Below are positions 1 to 8,942 of a stretch of DNA of 64,000 nt, piece by piece; within the stretch, counting starts at the first letter, position 1; each line of letters begins with the position of its first letter. A model generated the notes under the pieces. That model saw only the letters and a list, made by a program, of their open reading frames with translations, was not told the origin of the DNA and made no database searches. The position numbers were made by a program, and so were the translations under genes. The DNA comes from Candidatus Multivoradales bacterium (GTDB lineage Bacteria > Acidobacteriota > Thermoanaerobaculia > Multivoradales > JAHEKO01). The stretch is from assembly GCA_965223855.1 (NCBI GenBank), contig CBDCXM010000008.1, forward strand, positions 608,001-672,000. The letters are read 5' to 3'.

Positions 1-110
1 TGGCCGCGGTCGGCGGACTGCTCGTCCTCTTCCTTCGCAGGCTTCGCCGCGCCGGGGCTGAGGTGCGCACCGCTCAGCCGCCACCCCCACCGCCACCACA
101 GCCCGCCTAG
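1..110 (+). CDS. 3' end of a membrane protein (partial)
   Basis: Frame starting at nt 3 reads AAVGGLLVLFLRRLRRAGAEVRTAQPPPPPPPQPA*: hydrophobic stretch, basic residues, Pro-rich tail. Stop TAG 108-110. Confidence 0.6.
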   Translation, partial: AAVGGLLVLFLRRLRRAGAEVRTAQPPPPPPPQPA

Positions 111-306
111 CCTGAACTTCTCGCGCCGGTGTGCTCTGGAAGGCCGTAGGTTGCTGAAGATACAAGGCTTCCGGTCGCGAGCACCGGAGGCATAGCTGTA
201 GCTACGTCGAGGAGCGCAGTGGCCGGAGAACGCAGTAGATTCATTGACATACGGCCTTCCTGAGTAGTCCGGTGAGCAGTGCAGTGGCGTGAGAGGTTCA
301 GGCTAA
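107..306 (+). mobile_element. Hairpin MITE-like repeat, copy 1 (diverged, about 200 bp)
   Basis: Aligns by eye to 37924-38108 and to the reverse complement of 12782-12966. Imperfect terminal inverted repeats CTAGCCTGAACTTCTCGCGCC / GGCGTGAGAGGTTCAGGCTAA. Confidence 0.85.
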
Positions 307-309
307 CCT

Positions 310-337
310 GGAACCTTCCGGCCGCTCTTCGCGTAGT
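310..337 (+). promoter_or_regulatory. Putative ECF sigma-factor promoter
   Basis: GGAACC (310-315), 16-nt spacer, CGTAGT (332-337), upstream of the GGAGG RBS of the DUF4097 gene. Fits the ECF GGAAC/CGT consensus. Confidence 0.5.
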
Positions 338-367
338 GGGTGACAGAACCTGAACCGGAGGATTCCC

Positions 368-1270
368 ATGCGCACACGTTCGAGTCTCATCGCCCTCGCC
401 GCAGGCCTCGCCCTGCTCGTTCCTTTCGCCGCTTCGGCCGACACGGTCGAGCGCACCTTCCAGGTCTCGGCCGGCGGTCGCCTCGAGATCGACACCGACC
501 TCGGGCGGATCGATGTGCGCGAGGGGAGCCCGGGAACGGTCCGCATCGTCGTCGAGCGTGAGGTTCGCGGCGGTGACGACGACGACTTCGAGCTCGACTT
601 CGAGCAGAGCGGCAACACCGTCCGGGTCACCGGCGAAAAGCCCGACTCCTGGGGCTGGGGCGGTTGGAATCGCTATCGGGTCGCCTACAAGGTCGAGGTG
701 CCGCGCGACTTCGACGTCCAGCTCGAGACCTCCGGCGGCGACGTGTCGGTCGCCTCGCTCGACGGCGATGTCGACTGCCGCACCTCCGGCGGCGACGTCG
801 AGCTCGCGGACGTCGGCGGCCGGGTCGATTGCCGCACCTCGGGCGGCGACATCGAAGTCGGCACGGTGACCGGGGCTGTGATGGCGAAGACCTCCGGCGG
901 CGACATTCACATCGGCCGCTCGGGAGGGTCGGTGATCGCAAAGACCTCCGGCGGTGACGTGACGATCGACGAGGTCTTCGGACAGGTCGAGGCGACGACG
1001 TCGGGCGGCAATGTCCGGGCACGCCTCGCCGACCAGCCGCGCGCCGACTGCAAGCTCACCACCTCGGGCGGGCGCATCGAGCTGGCGGTCGATCCTTCGA
1101 TCTCCGCCGACATCGACGCCAGCACTTCCGGCGGCCGCGTGCACGTCGACTTCCCGGTGAGCGTCTCCGGCAGCCTCAGCAAGACCCGCCTCAACGCCGA
1201 GCTCAACGGCGGAGGCCCGCAGATCTACCTGCGGACCTCCGGCGGAAGCATTCACATCGAAGAGATCTGA
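368..1270 (+). CDS. Secreted DUF4097 family beta-strand repeat protein
   Basis: Signal peptide; tandem 18-aa repeats of type xxxRTSGGDV/I; GGAGG RBS. Confidence 0.85.
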   Translation: MRTRSSLIALAAGLALLVPFAASADTVERTFQVSAGGRLEIDTDLGRIDVREGSPGTVRIVVEREVRGGDDDDFELDFEQSGNTVRVTGEKPDSWGWGGWNRYRVAYKVEVPRDFDVQLETSGGDVSVASLDGDVDCRTSGGDVELADVGGRVDCRTSGGDIEVGTVTGAVMAKTSGGDIHIGRSGGSVIAKTSGGDVTIDEVFGQVEATTSGGNVRARLADQPRADCKLTTSGGRIELAVDPSISADIDASTSGGRVHVDFPVSVSGSLSKTRLNAELNGGGPQIYLRTSGGSIHIEEI

Positions 1271-1340
1271 GGCAGCGCCCGCCCCTCTCACGCGTCGGGC
1301 CGACGGCGAGAGGAGCGGGCCGGGTCGACTGCGTCGTCGC

Positions 1341-2672
1341 TCACGGGCAGGCATCGCTCACGCTCAAGTCAATCGTGTAGCCGGGCATCCCCGGCTGGTC
1401 GGAGCCGATCGCGAGCACGGTCGTCTCCGGACCCGCCTCCGCCATACATCCCTCGACCTCCAGAGCGACCGGCAGCGAACCCGGCTCGAGCGTCCAGGGG
1501 AGCTGGCCCAGAAGGACGCTGTCGAGCGTGTAGCCGACGTCGTCGTCTTCGAGGGCGACCGTCTGCACCTCGAGCCGCCCGGGCCCGGCATTGCCGATCA
1601 GCAGATCGACCGGGCTTCCGCACGGGCTGCCCCCCGCGACCTCGAAGCAGAGCTCGGTGACGGCTGCGCCCGAGTCGGCGGCGGTCACGGTCAACGCACC
1701 GCCGAGCCCGGTGCCCGTAAGCTCCAGCCGCCGGGATTCGTCCGAGTCGATCCGCACGTGGCCGCCGTGAGCGAACGGCACCTCCGGAGCGAAGGTCATG
1801 TTGAAGGTGCACGAGCTGGTGCCACCCGCACCGACCGGGGCGAGCAGCTTCCCTTGCGGCTCTGTCGCCGGATCCGGAATGCAGGTGTTGCCCGAGACGA
1901 AGAAGTCGGCCGGTGGGACCTCACTGAAGACGGTGCCGTCCGCCGACACCGCGATCGGCTCCGAGTCCGGGTCGGCGGTGCAGTTCGCGATCTTGACGGT
2001 CAACGGATCGGACGCGCCTCCCACCGCAACGCTGCCGAAGTCGCGCGCCAGATGAATCGTCTCGACGCCGCCCTCCACGACCGGCTGGCAGCCGGCGCAG
2101 GTGATCTCGAGACACGGCTCGACCGGCGGCGGATCGACCGGCGGCGGTGGCTCGACGCAGAAGATCTCCTCGTCCGGCTCCGCCGGCAGCGGATCGAGCA
2201 CGAAGTCGGGATCGGCGGGAATCTGGCGCCGCGGCACCAGTTCTCCGCTCACCCGGCAAACCAGAGTCTCCTCCTGCAGGCACCACGGTCCGGGAAGGAC
2301 AGCGAACTCCGATTCCGGGAAGGGCAGCTCTCCCGAGGCGAGCCGGCCGATCTGGCGCCAGGCGTACCGGCCCCAGTCCTCCTCGAAGTCCTCGACCCGG
2401 TCTCCCACCGGGATCTCGGGCTTCGCCTCTTCGAGGCAGTTCCCGTCGTCGTGGCAGACGTAGTAGCGCCGGCTCGGGAACCCGGCATCGAGACCGGTGT
2501 GAATCGGGACGAGCGCTCCGTCCCCCGAAACGGCCGTGGCGGCGCAGGTCACGACCCGGTAGCGCTCGACCGCGTTGGGATTGACGAACAGGGAACAGCC
2601 CGCAACGGTGGCGGTCGTCACCGCCGCCAGCATCAGGGTGAGCACCTTGTGACGTGTCGTCGTGTACCTCAT
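1341..2672 (-). CDS. Lipoprotein with two Ig-like (choice-of-anchor D/ASPM-like) domains
   Basis: Lipobox VAGC; Pro-rich linker; DFGSVAVG...VKIAN and SCTFNMTFAP motifs typical of these Ig domains. Overlaps the upstream stop (ATGA). Confidence 0.65.
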   Translation of the reverse strand: MRYTTTRHKVLTLMLAAVTTATVAGCSLFVNPNAVERYRVVTCAATAVSGDGALVPIHTGLDAGFPSRRYYVCHDDGNCLEEAKPEIPVGDRVEDFEEDWGRYAWRQIGRLASGELPFPESEFAVLPGPWCLQEETLVCRVSGELVPRRQIPADPDFVLDPLPAEPDEEIFCVEPPPPVDPPPVEPCLEITCAGCQPVVEGGVETIHLARDFGSVAVGGASDPLTVKIANCTADPDSEPIAVSADGTVFSEVPPADFFVSGNTCIPDPATEPQGKLLAPVGAGGTSSCTFNMTFAPEVPFAHGGHVRIDSDESRRLELTGTGLGGALTVTAADSGAAVTELCFEVAGGSPCGSPVDLLIGNAGPGRLEVQTVALEDDDVGYTLDSVLLGQLPWTLEPGSLPVALEVEGCMAEAGPETTVLAIGSDQPGMPGYTIDLSVSDACP

Positions 2673-3700
2673 GACGCCTCCTCATCGAGAACTACCGAGA
2701 ACCGGCAGACCGCACGGCTCTTCGAGCCGAAGCGGTCCACGACATCGAGCGAGAACCAGTGCTCGGCGCCGAGAGCGAAGAGCTCGGGGCCGACCGACGG
2801 CCCGTGCCCGAGGAACGCGGCCTCGCCCAGCCGGCTGCGCATCCACATCTCGGAGCGCACGTCGGCGCGAGGCCAGGAGTACTTGGCGTCCCCCTCTTCG
2901 GCCGGATCGCCCTCCTCGCCCCACTTCACGTTGCCGTCCGGGTCGCTGGCTCTCGATACGAGGTGGATCAGCAATCCCTCCGGCGTGTTGGCCGCAGCCT
3001 TTGACGCCGGGCAGCCGTCGACAAGCTCTGCCGCAGCAGGACCTATGCTCGGCGGCTGCCACGCGACCGCAGCCATCGGAGGCCGATTGACATAGCTCCC
3101 GGCGAACGAGAGCTCGACCACGAAGCTCTCGCCGTCCTGATCGACGGCGAAGGTCGCCGAAAGAGCGAAGCTGTCGCCGTTCGGGTCGTGCTCGAGAGTC
3201 ATCGGGGTCGGGTTCTTCACCGTCAGGCTCCGCTCCTCGCCGCCGCACTCGCCGCTCGGCTTGCGGTCCGTGTTCCAGCCGAAGTGCAGCTCGGCAGTGC
3301 CGCTCTCGACGGCGATCTCGCCGGAGTCGGAAAGCTCCCCGGCGACCGGCTCCCCGAGCACTGCTCGACCGCAGCGCAGCGGTTCCGAGGAAACCGGCCA
3401 GCCGGCGAACTCGACCGGCAGGTCGATGTCGACGATCCACGCCCGCAGATCGCCGAGTTGGACGCCGCCGTCGGCAGCGACCGAGTAGTCGATGCGAGCA
3501 CCCCCTGGCGCGGCCTGCCCGTCGAGCTTGACGATACCGCTCGTCTCCGCAACGTAGTGGCGGGTCAGCTCCAGGACTTCCGACGGAGCGGGCGGAACGG
3601 GCGGAGGAGGAGTTCCCGGCACACAGCCGGCCAGAGCGACCGCCGCCGGCAGTAGGCCGAGCAATGCGCGAATCGCGATGGAAGGTCGGACTTCACTCAT
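2669..3700 (-). CDS. Hypothetical lipoprotein
   Basis: Lipobox LAGC followed by Pro-rich linker; AAAGGAG RBS; translationally coupled to neighbours. Confidence 0.7.
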   Translation of the reverse strand: MSEVRPSIAIRALLGLLPAAVALAGCVPGTPPPPVPPAPSEVLELTRHYVAETSGIVKLDGQAAPGGARIDYSVAADGGVQLGDLRAWIVDIDLPVEFAGWPVSSEPLRCGRAVLGEPVAGELSDSGEIAVESGTAELHFGWNTDRKPSGECGGEERSLTVKNPTPMTLEHDPNGDSFALSATFAVDQDGESFVVELSFAGSYVNRPPMAAVAWQPPSIGPAAAELVDGCPASKAAANTPEGLLIHLVSRASDPDGNVKWGEEGDPAEEGDAKYSWPRADVRSEMWMRSRLGEAAFLGHGPSVGPELFALGAEHWFSLDVVDRFGSKSRAVCRFSVVLDEEAS

Positions 3701-4170
3701 GACGTCTCCTTTTCAGGGCCACGGGTCACGTCGCTCTCGAGGTCGAGGCAACGTCGGTTGTCATCGGGGGTCGGGTCCTCGGACGCCCGGCGGCGCGTCG
3801 TCTGCGCGACGACCGTCACGCACAGGTCGCCAAGACCGGGGGAGCGCTCGAGTTCGAGCGCCCCTTCGACAGGCCTCTCGAAGCCCGGGCCGGGCGCGTG
3901 CCGGCGGCGGTGGTGAAGACCGAGCGCGGAGCGGGCCGTGACGATGACGGCATCCGCAGGTTCACCGCTGCGATGGATCACCGCGTAGGCGACCCGCACC
4001 GGATCGCCGGGGACCGGGGCCTGCGGGCCTCGAAGCTCGACGACGAGCCCGAGGTCGGTCTCACAGCGTGCTTCGGCGCAGCCGGCAAGGCCGGCGAGGC
4101 ACACCGCGACGAGCACCAGCGAGGTGCGCTCCCGGTGCGCACGGCGGACGATCCGACCGACTCCATTCAC
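3697..4170 (-). CDS. Small hypothetical lipoprotein (possibly DUF11-like Ig fold)
   Basis: LAGC lipobox; DLGLVV...PVPGDPVRVAYAV and DPTPDDN motifs resemble DUF11. Confidence 0.5.
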   Translation of the reverse strand: MNGVGRIVRRAHRERTSLVLVAVCLAGLAGCAEARCETDLGLVVELRGPQAPVPGDPVRVAYAVIHRSGEPADAVIVTARSALGLHHRRRHAPGPGFERPVEGALELERSPGLGDLCVTVVAQTTRRRASEDPTPDDNRRCLDLESDVTRGPEKETS

Positions 4171-4199
4171 ACCGGGAGCGTCCCGCCGACACGCAGCGA

Positions 4200-4232
4200 C
4201 AAGCTTGAGGCGCTCCTGATGGAGCCTTGATG
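4200..4232 (-). promoter_or_regulatory. Three 11-bp-spaced direct repeats (candidate wHTH operator)
   Basis: Minus strand CATCAAGGCTC CATCAGGAGCG CCTCAAGCTTG, between the wHTH-TPR gene and the lipoprotein operon. Confidence 0.5.
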
Positions 4233-4236
4233 GTTC

Positions 4237-6156
4237 TCAGATCCGCAGACCGAACCGTCGTGCGAACGCGGCGCGCCGGATCTCCGCCCGCTCCAGCAGC
4301 GTTCGAGCTTTCTCGGTCGCGAGCACCGACCGCAGCGTCGGGTCGCCCTCGAAACAGGGCGTGCAGACGAAGCCTGCATCGATCGTGCGCTCGAGATTGC
4401 GCAGCGCTGCCCTCTCGTCTCCGGCGGCGGCGAAGAGCTGGGCCTGCTTGTAGCTCACTTCCCCGTCTCCATGACCGACCTCCTCGCGCTGGCGCTCGAG
4501 CTGGACGAGCACCGCCGCCGCAGCCTCCTCGCGTCCCTCGACGAGTTCCAGCAGGGCCTGCGAGTAACGTCCCCACAGGTCGTCCGGCCGCTCACGAAAC
4601 GCCGGCCGGAGCACTTCGACCGCCTCTTCCAGGCGGCCGTCCAGATAGAGCGCCCAACCGCGGTAGAAGCGGTGGTACGAAGAGGTCCCGGCCGGGAGCA
4701 GGTCGAGGAACTCGGAGTAGCGTTCCTGGTAGAGGAGCTCGTTCGGCACCATGCCGGAGTAGTCGAGGTAGAGGAGCGGATTGCGTTCGAGGTCGTTCCG
4801 CATCCGCTCTTCGGCGAGCTCCAGGAAGCCCATGTAGCGAAGGGCGTACCCCGCGCTCGACTCGAGGATCGTCGGCCACCCCTTGCTCTCCAGCTCGAGG
4901 TAGGCCGCGTAACCCTCTTCGACCCGGCCGGACTCGATCATCATGTCGATCTCGAACATCCGGTAGCGCGGCTCCAACTCGGGCGCCAGGGCGAGGGCGC
5001 GCCTGGCGGCCGTCACCGCTTCGTCGAGGAGTGCCTGGTCGCGCCCGCAGGACCAGGCGGCACCGTTGAGTGCCGCCGCGTAGAAAGACCATCCGTCGGC
5101 GTAGTCCGGTTCGAGCTCGGTCGCTTCCCGCGCCCACACGAGCGCCGCCTCGCTGCAGAAGTTCTCCTCGAGCGCATGCCACGCCTGCCTGGCCCGCTGG
5201 AACGCCTCGACGCTGGCGGCATTGCGCGCCTCGCTGAAAGGAGGAAGCCGGTCGATTTCCAGAGCACCGGCGAGCTGCTCGGCGACCTCGGCGCGCTGCC
5301 GGTTGAAGCGGTCGAGTCGTTCGTTCGTCGATGGGAGATCGAGTTCGAAGCGCAGCAGCGGAGCGCGATCGAACTCCCGTTCACGTCGCCAATAGAGCAC
5401 CGTCTCGGCCGCCAGCCGGTCCCCGGCGAGGGCTGCCATCCTCACTTCGACGAGCGCGTCCAGCCTGAGTGCCTCGACCGCCTCCTCGAGGCTCGCCGAC
5501 TCGAGCACAACCGTCTCCACGCGCCCCGGATCGACCCACACCAGCCGAGGCGCGCTGGCAAGGCGATCGCCCAGGTACTCCGCCACCGCCTGAGCGGTGA
5601 GCGGCACGAGCCCGTCTCCCTCCGGTACCGCCGCCAGCAGTCCGGCGCGAATCGCCTCTCCGCTCTTCCGATGCCACGCCGGGTCGCTTCGCTGCTGCGC
5701 AAACCCGACAACGAGCGTGGCCAGCACGAGCGCCGCGAGCGACCAGCGGACGAGACTACGGCTCCACCAGGCGACGGCCCGGGGCTCACGAACCTCGGCG
5801 GGCGGCCCGGATGCCCGATCGACGCTGTCGGGGCGCTTCACGTCCACCTCCGGCTCGAGCTCGCCTACGAAACGGAACCCCCGCCCGTGCACGGTCGCGA
5901 TGTAGCGCTGGCGCTTCGCATCGTCTCCGAGGGCCCGGCGGGCCTCGTAGACGCATCTCGACAGCGCCGCGTCGCCGACGATCTGCCCGTCCCAGACTTC
6001 CCGGTTGAGCTCCTCCTTGGTGACGAGTGCGCCGGGACGGCGCACCAGCCAGACGAGCAGGTCGAGCACGCGGGGCTCCACCGCGATCGGTTCGCCCGCC
6101 CTCGTGAGCGTGAAACCGTCGCTGTCGAGCTCGAAATCGTCCCAGCGAAACACCAC
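4237..6156 (-). CDS. CadC/OmpR-type winged-HTH + TM + TPR transcriptional regulator
   Basis: N-terminal trans_reg_C signature (EPRVLDLL...VTKEEL...IATVHGRGFRF), one TM helix, C-terminal TPRs. Confidence 0.85.
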   Translation of the reverse strand: MVFRWDDFELDSDGFTLTRAGEPIAVEPRVLDLLVWLVRRPGALVTKEELNREVWDGQIVGDAALSRCVYEARRALGDDAKRQRYIATVHGRGFRFVGELEPEVDVKRPDSVDRASGPPAEVREPRAVAWWSRSLVRWSLAALVLATLVVGFAQQRSDPAWHRKSGEAIRAGLLAAVPEGDGLVPLTAQAVAEYLGDRLASAPRLVWVDPGRVETVVLESASLEEAVEALRLDALVEVRMAALAGDRLAAETVLYWRREREFDRAPLLRFELDLPSTNERLDRFNRQRAEVAEQLAGALEIDRLPPFSEARNAASVEAFQRARQAWHALEENFCSEAALVWAREATELEPDYADGWSFYAAALNGAAWSCGRDQALLDEAVTAARRALALAPELEPRYRMFEIDMMIESGRVEEGYAAYLELESKGWPTILESSAGYALRYMGFLELAEERMRNDLERNPLLYLDYSGMVPNELLYQERYSEFLDLLPAGTSSYHRFYRGWALYLDGRLEEAVEVLRPAFRERPDDLWGRYSQALLELVEGREEAAAAVLVQLERQREEVGHGDGEVSYKQAQLFAAAGDERAALRNLERTIDAGFVCTPCFEGDPTLRSVLATEKARTLLERAEIRRAAFARRFGLRI

Positions 6157-6266
6157 GGCGCTACCCCCGGAGTCAGCCTAGCAGCTGGGCGAGCGCGGAG
6201 GTTGTCGCTCACTCCACGGGTCGGATCCGGGACGCGTTCCTCCCGTCGGTCCGGGAACTCGGCGGT

Positions 6267-6767
6267 CTACCGGCCAGGCCCGGGAGCGACGATCTCCTCG
6301 AGATCGGCATCGGCGATGCGCCATCCCTGAGGCGTTTCCACCCACTCGAGTCGGAAGCGGTAGGCGTCGTCGCCGACACCCTGCCAGCCGCCCTGGAATC
6401 GCACCACCAGCAGCTGCACGGCCCGTTCGCCCTGGACCTCGATCTCGGAATCGAGCAGTTGCGGCGCCACGCGATCGGAGCGGCTGCGGTAGAGCACGAT
6501 CCCCCGGATGAGGTCCTGCCGATTGCGGGTCTCGAAGTCGAACTGCCAAGCCCGGAAGCGGAACGGCTCGGCAAAGGAGCGCGCCGCCTCCTCCGCCTTG
6601 AGCGCGCCATGGAGTGGATTCTCGTCCGGCCCCTTCTCTACCCGCTCCATCAGCGCCTCGAGCTCGCGGGCGATCCTCCGCTCGGCGCTCGAAGCCCAGT
6701 TCCACCACAGCAGTGCTCCCGCGACCACGACGAGAGCCAGCAGCAGGTTGCGCAGCAAAGGCGACAC
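6267..6767 (-). CDS. Membrane-anchored hypothetical protein, probable NTF2-like fold
   Basis: N-terminal TM; C-terminal beta strands ending GWRI, typical of NTF2/SnoaL-like domains. Confidence 0.6.
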   Translation of the reverse strand: MSPLLRNLLLALVVVAGALLWWNWASSAERRIARELEALMERVEKGPDENPLHGALKAEEAARSFAEPFRFRAWQFDFETRNRQDLIRGIVLYRSRSDRVAPQLLDSEIEVQGERAVQLLVVRFQGGWQGVGDDAYRFRLEWVETPQGWRIADADLEEIVAPGPGR

Positions 6768-6834
6768 GGCGGCACGTTAGCAGGCTGCCGAGGGGGCGCC
6801 GCCGGGCAACCCGCGAGTGGGGTACCCTTGCCTC

Positions 6835-7143
6835 ATGACCGAGACTCATGACGACCGCCCCTTCGAGGTCGTTTTCGCCACCGCCGACCCCGATCTGTTG
6901 CCGGTCATCGAATCGCTGCTGCGCGCTCACGACATCCCGTTCGACGTCCAGGGACGCAACTCGATGGCACAGCTGCCGGCCGGCGTCCTCGGCGGGCCGT
7001 TCGCCCGCACCGGGCTGGCGGCGCGCTTCCTCGTGCCGGCCGAGCACGCACAGGCGGCGCGGGAACTGCTGGCGGCCGACGACGCGGTTCCGGACCTGGA
7101 ACCCGAAGATGACTCCGACGAGAGCGGCTCCGCCGACGAGTAG
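6835..7143 (+). CDS. DUF2007-like small protein
   Basis: VIESLLRAHDIPF...VPAEHAQAARELL pattern; first gene of a 3-gene operon. Confidence 0.65.
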   Translation: MTETHDDRPFEVVFATADPDLLPVIESLLRAHDIPFDVQGRNSMAQLPAGVLGGPFARTGLAARFLVPAEHAQAARELLAADDAVPDLEPEDDSDESGSADE

Positions 7144-7146
7144 CCG

Positions 7147-7977
7147 GTGAGCACCGTCCGCATCGCTCTCGCGCAGCTCCACGCCAGCGGCGATCGCGAG
7201 GAGACGCTCGGACGCGCCCTCGACGCCATGGACCGTGCCGCCGACGCCGGCGCCCGCCTCATCGCCTTCCCCGAGGTCGCGCTCGACCGCTTCTTTCCTC
7301 AGCATCGGCGGAGCGAGGGCAGCGCCGTCGCCGGCGACCCCATTCCCGGCCCGTTGACCGAGCGCATCTCGAGCAGGGCGAGGCGACTCGGGCTGGTGAC
7401 CGTCTTCAACCTCTACGAGACGGCAGGTGACGGCAGGTTCTACGACAGCTCTCCGGTGTTCGACGCCGACGGCTCGCTGCTCGGGATCACCCGCATGGTC
7501 CACATCACCCAGTACGACTGCTTCTTCGAGCAGGACTACTACGACCCGGGCGACTGCGGCGCCCCGGTGTACGACACCGCCGTCGGCAAGGTCGGCGTGG
7601 CGATCTGCTACGACCGCCACTACCCGGAGTACATGCGTGCCCTCGGCGTCGCCGGAGCCGAGATCGTCGTCATCCCGCAGGCGGGCACGGTCGGCGAGTG
7701 GCCGGAGGGGATGTACGAGGCCGAGGTCCGCACCGCGGCCTTTCAGAACGGCTACTTCACGGCGCTTTGCAACCGGGTCGGTCGCGAGGAGGCCCTGGAG
7801 TTCTCGGGAGAGTCGTTCGTCAGCGACCCGGAGGGCCGCATCCTCGCGCGTGGCGCGACCGGCGAGGACGACCTCGTGCTCGCCGACTGCGACCTCGAAC
7901 TGGCGCGCAACTCGACGGCGAGACGGCTCTTCTGGCGCGATCGGCGGGGCGAGCTCTACGGTGACTGGCTGCGGTGA
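7147..7977 (+). CDS. Carbon-nitrogen hydrolase (nitrilase superfamily)
   Basis: FPE (catalytic Glu), AICYDRHYPE (catalytic Cys), NRVGRE and FSGESF motifs. The Lys position is occupied by Met. Confidence 0.9.
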   Translation: MSTVRIALAQLHASGDREETLGRALDAMDRAADAGARLIAFPEVALDRFFPQHRRSEGSAVAGDPIPGPLTERISSRARRLGLVTVFNLYETAGDGRFYDSSPVFDADGSLLGITRMVHITQYDCFFEQDYYDPGDCGAPVYDTAVGKVGVAICYDRHYPEYMRALGVAGAEIVVIPQAGTVGEWPEGMYEAEVRTAAFQNGYFTALCNRVGREEALEFSGESFVSDPEGRILARGATGEDDLVLADCDLELARNSTARRLFWRDRRGELYGDWLR

Positions 7978-8942
7978 CCGGCTGGCGTAGCGTCTCCCTG
8001 GCGGTGGCGCTGTCTATCGCTGCGACGGCCGCGTTCTCCCACGAGGAGCACGCGCAGGAGGAGAGGTCGCCCTTCATCCGCATCCTCGGCGTCGCTCAGG
8101 ACGGCGGCTTCCCGCACGCCGCCTGCGAGCACCGGGCCTGCCGCCAGGCCCGGGACGGCGAGATCCCCTCGCACCTCGTCTCGAGCCTTGCGCTGGTCCT
8201 TCCGGCAAGCGGCAAGGTCTACCTGTTCGACGCCACCCCCGATCTGCGCCGCCAGCTCGATCTGCTGCGCGACGTTCGCGATCTGCCGACGGACCGCGTC
8301 GATCGCGCGCCCCTAGACGGCGTCTTCCTGACCCACGCCCATATGGGGCACTACACCGGCCTTGCCTTCCTCGGTTTCGAGGCGGTGAGCGCTTCGGCGC
8401 TGCCGGTCTGGGGAACCGAGCGGATGGGTCGGTTTCTCAGCGAACACGGACCGTGGTCGCAGCTGGTCGACTTCGGCAACATCGAGCTGCGACGGATCGA
8501 CGAGAGGACCCCGGTCGAGCTCGGCGAAGGGGTCACCGTCCGCGCCTTCACCGTCCCCCACCGCGACGAGTTCTCCGACACTGTCGCCTTCGTCATCGAG
8601 GGACCCCGTCGCAAGGTTCTCTTCGTGCCGGACACCGACCGCTGGGAGAGCTGGCGGCCGGGCCTCGTCGAGCGACTCGGCGACATCGACGTGGCGCTCC
8701 TCGACAGCACCTTCTACTCGATGGACGAGCTGCCGGGAAGGAACCTCGAAGAGGCGCCGCATCCGTTGACCACCACCTCTATGGACCTCCTCCAGGGACT
8801 GGTCGACGACGGTCGAGTCGAGGTGCGCTTCCTCCACCTCAACCACTCGAACCCCGCACTGCTCGAGGACTCCATCGAACGCCGGGAGGTCGAGTCGCGA
8901 GGCTTCGCGGTCGCGAGCGAGGGCGACGAGATCGGGCTCTAG
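7974..8942 (+). CDS. Secreted MBL-fold hydrolase, PqqB-like
   Basis: Signal peptide; LGVAQDGGFPHxxC, DATPD, THAHMGH, VPHRDE and HLNHSN motifs. Confidence 0.8.
   Translation: MTGWRSVSLAVALSIAATAAFSHEEHAQEERSPFIRILGVAQDGGFPHAACEHRACRQARDGEIPSHLVSSLALVLPASGKVYLFDATPDLRRQLDLLRDVRDLPTDRVDRAPLDGVFLTHAHMGHYTGLAFLGFEAVSASALPVWGTERMGRFLSEHGPWSQLVDFGNIELRRIDERTPVELGEGVTVRAFTVPHRDEFSDTVAFVIEGPRRKVLFVPDTDRWESWRPGLVERLGDIDVALLDSTFYSMDELPGRNLEEAPHPLTTTSMDLLQGLVDDGRVEVRFLHLNHSNPALLEDSIERREVESRGFAVASEGDEIGL

Noticed and set aside
728-1010. ACCTCCGGCGGCGAC DNA repeats at 54-bp period
   Set aside because: They encode the known TSGGD beta-solenoid repeats of DUF4097.
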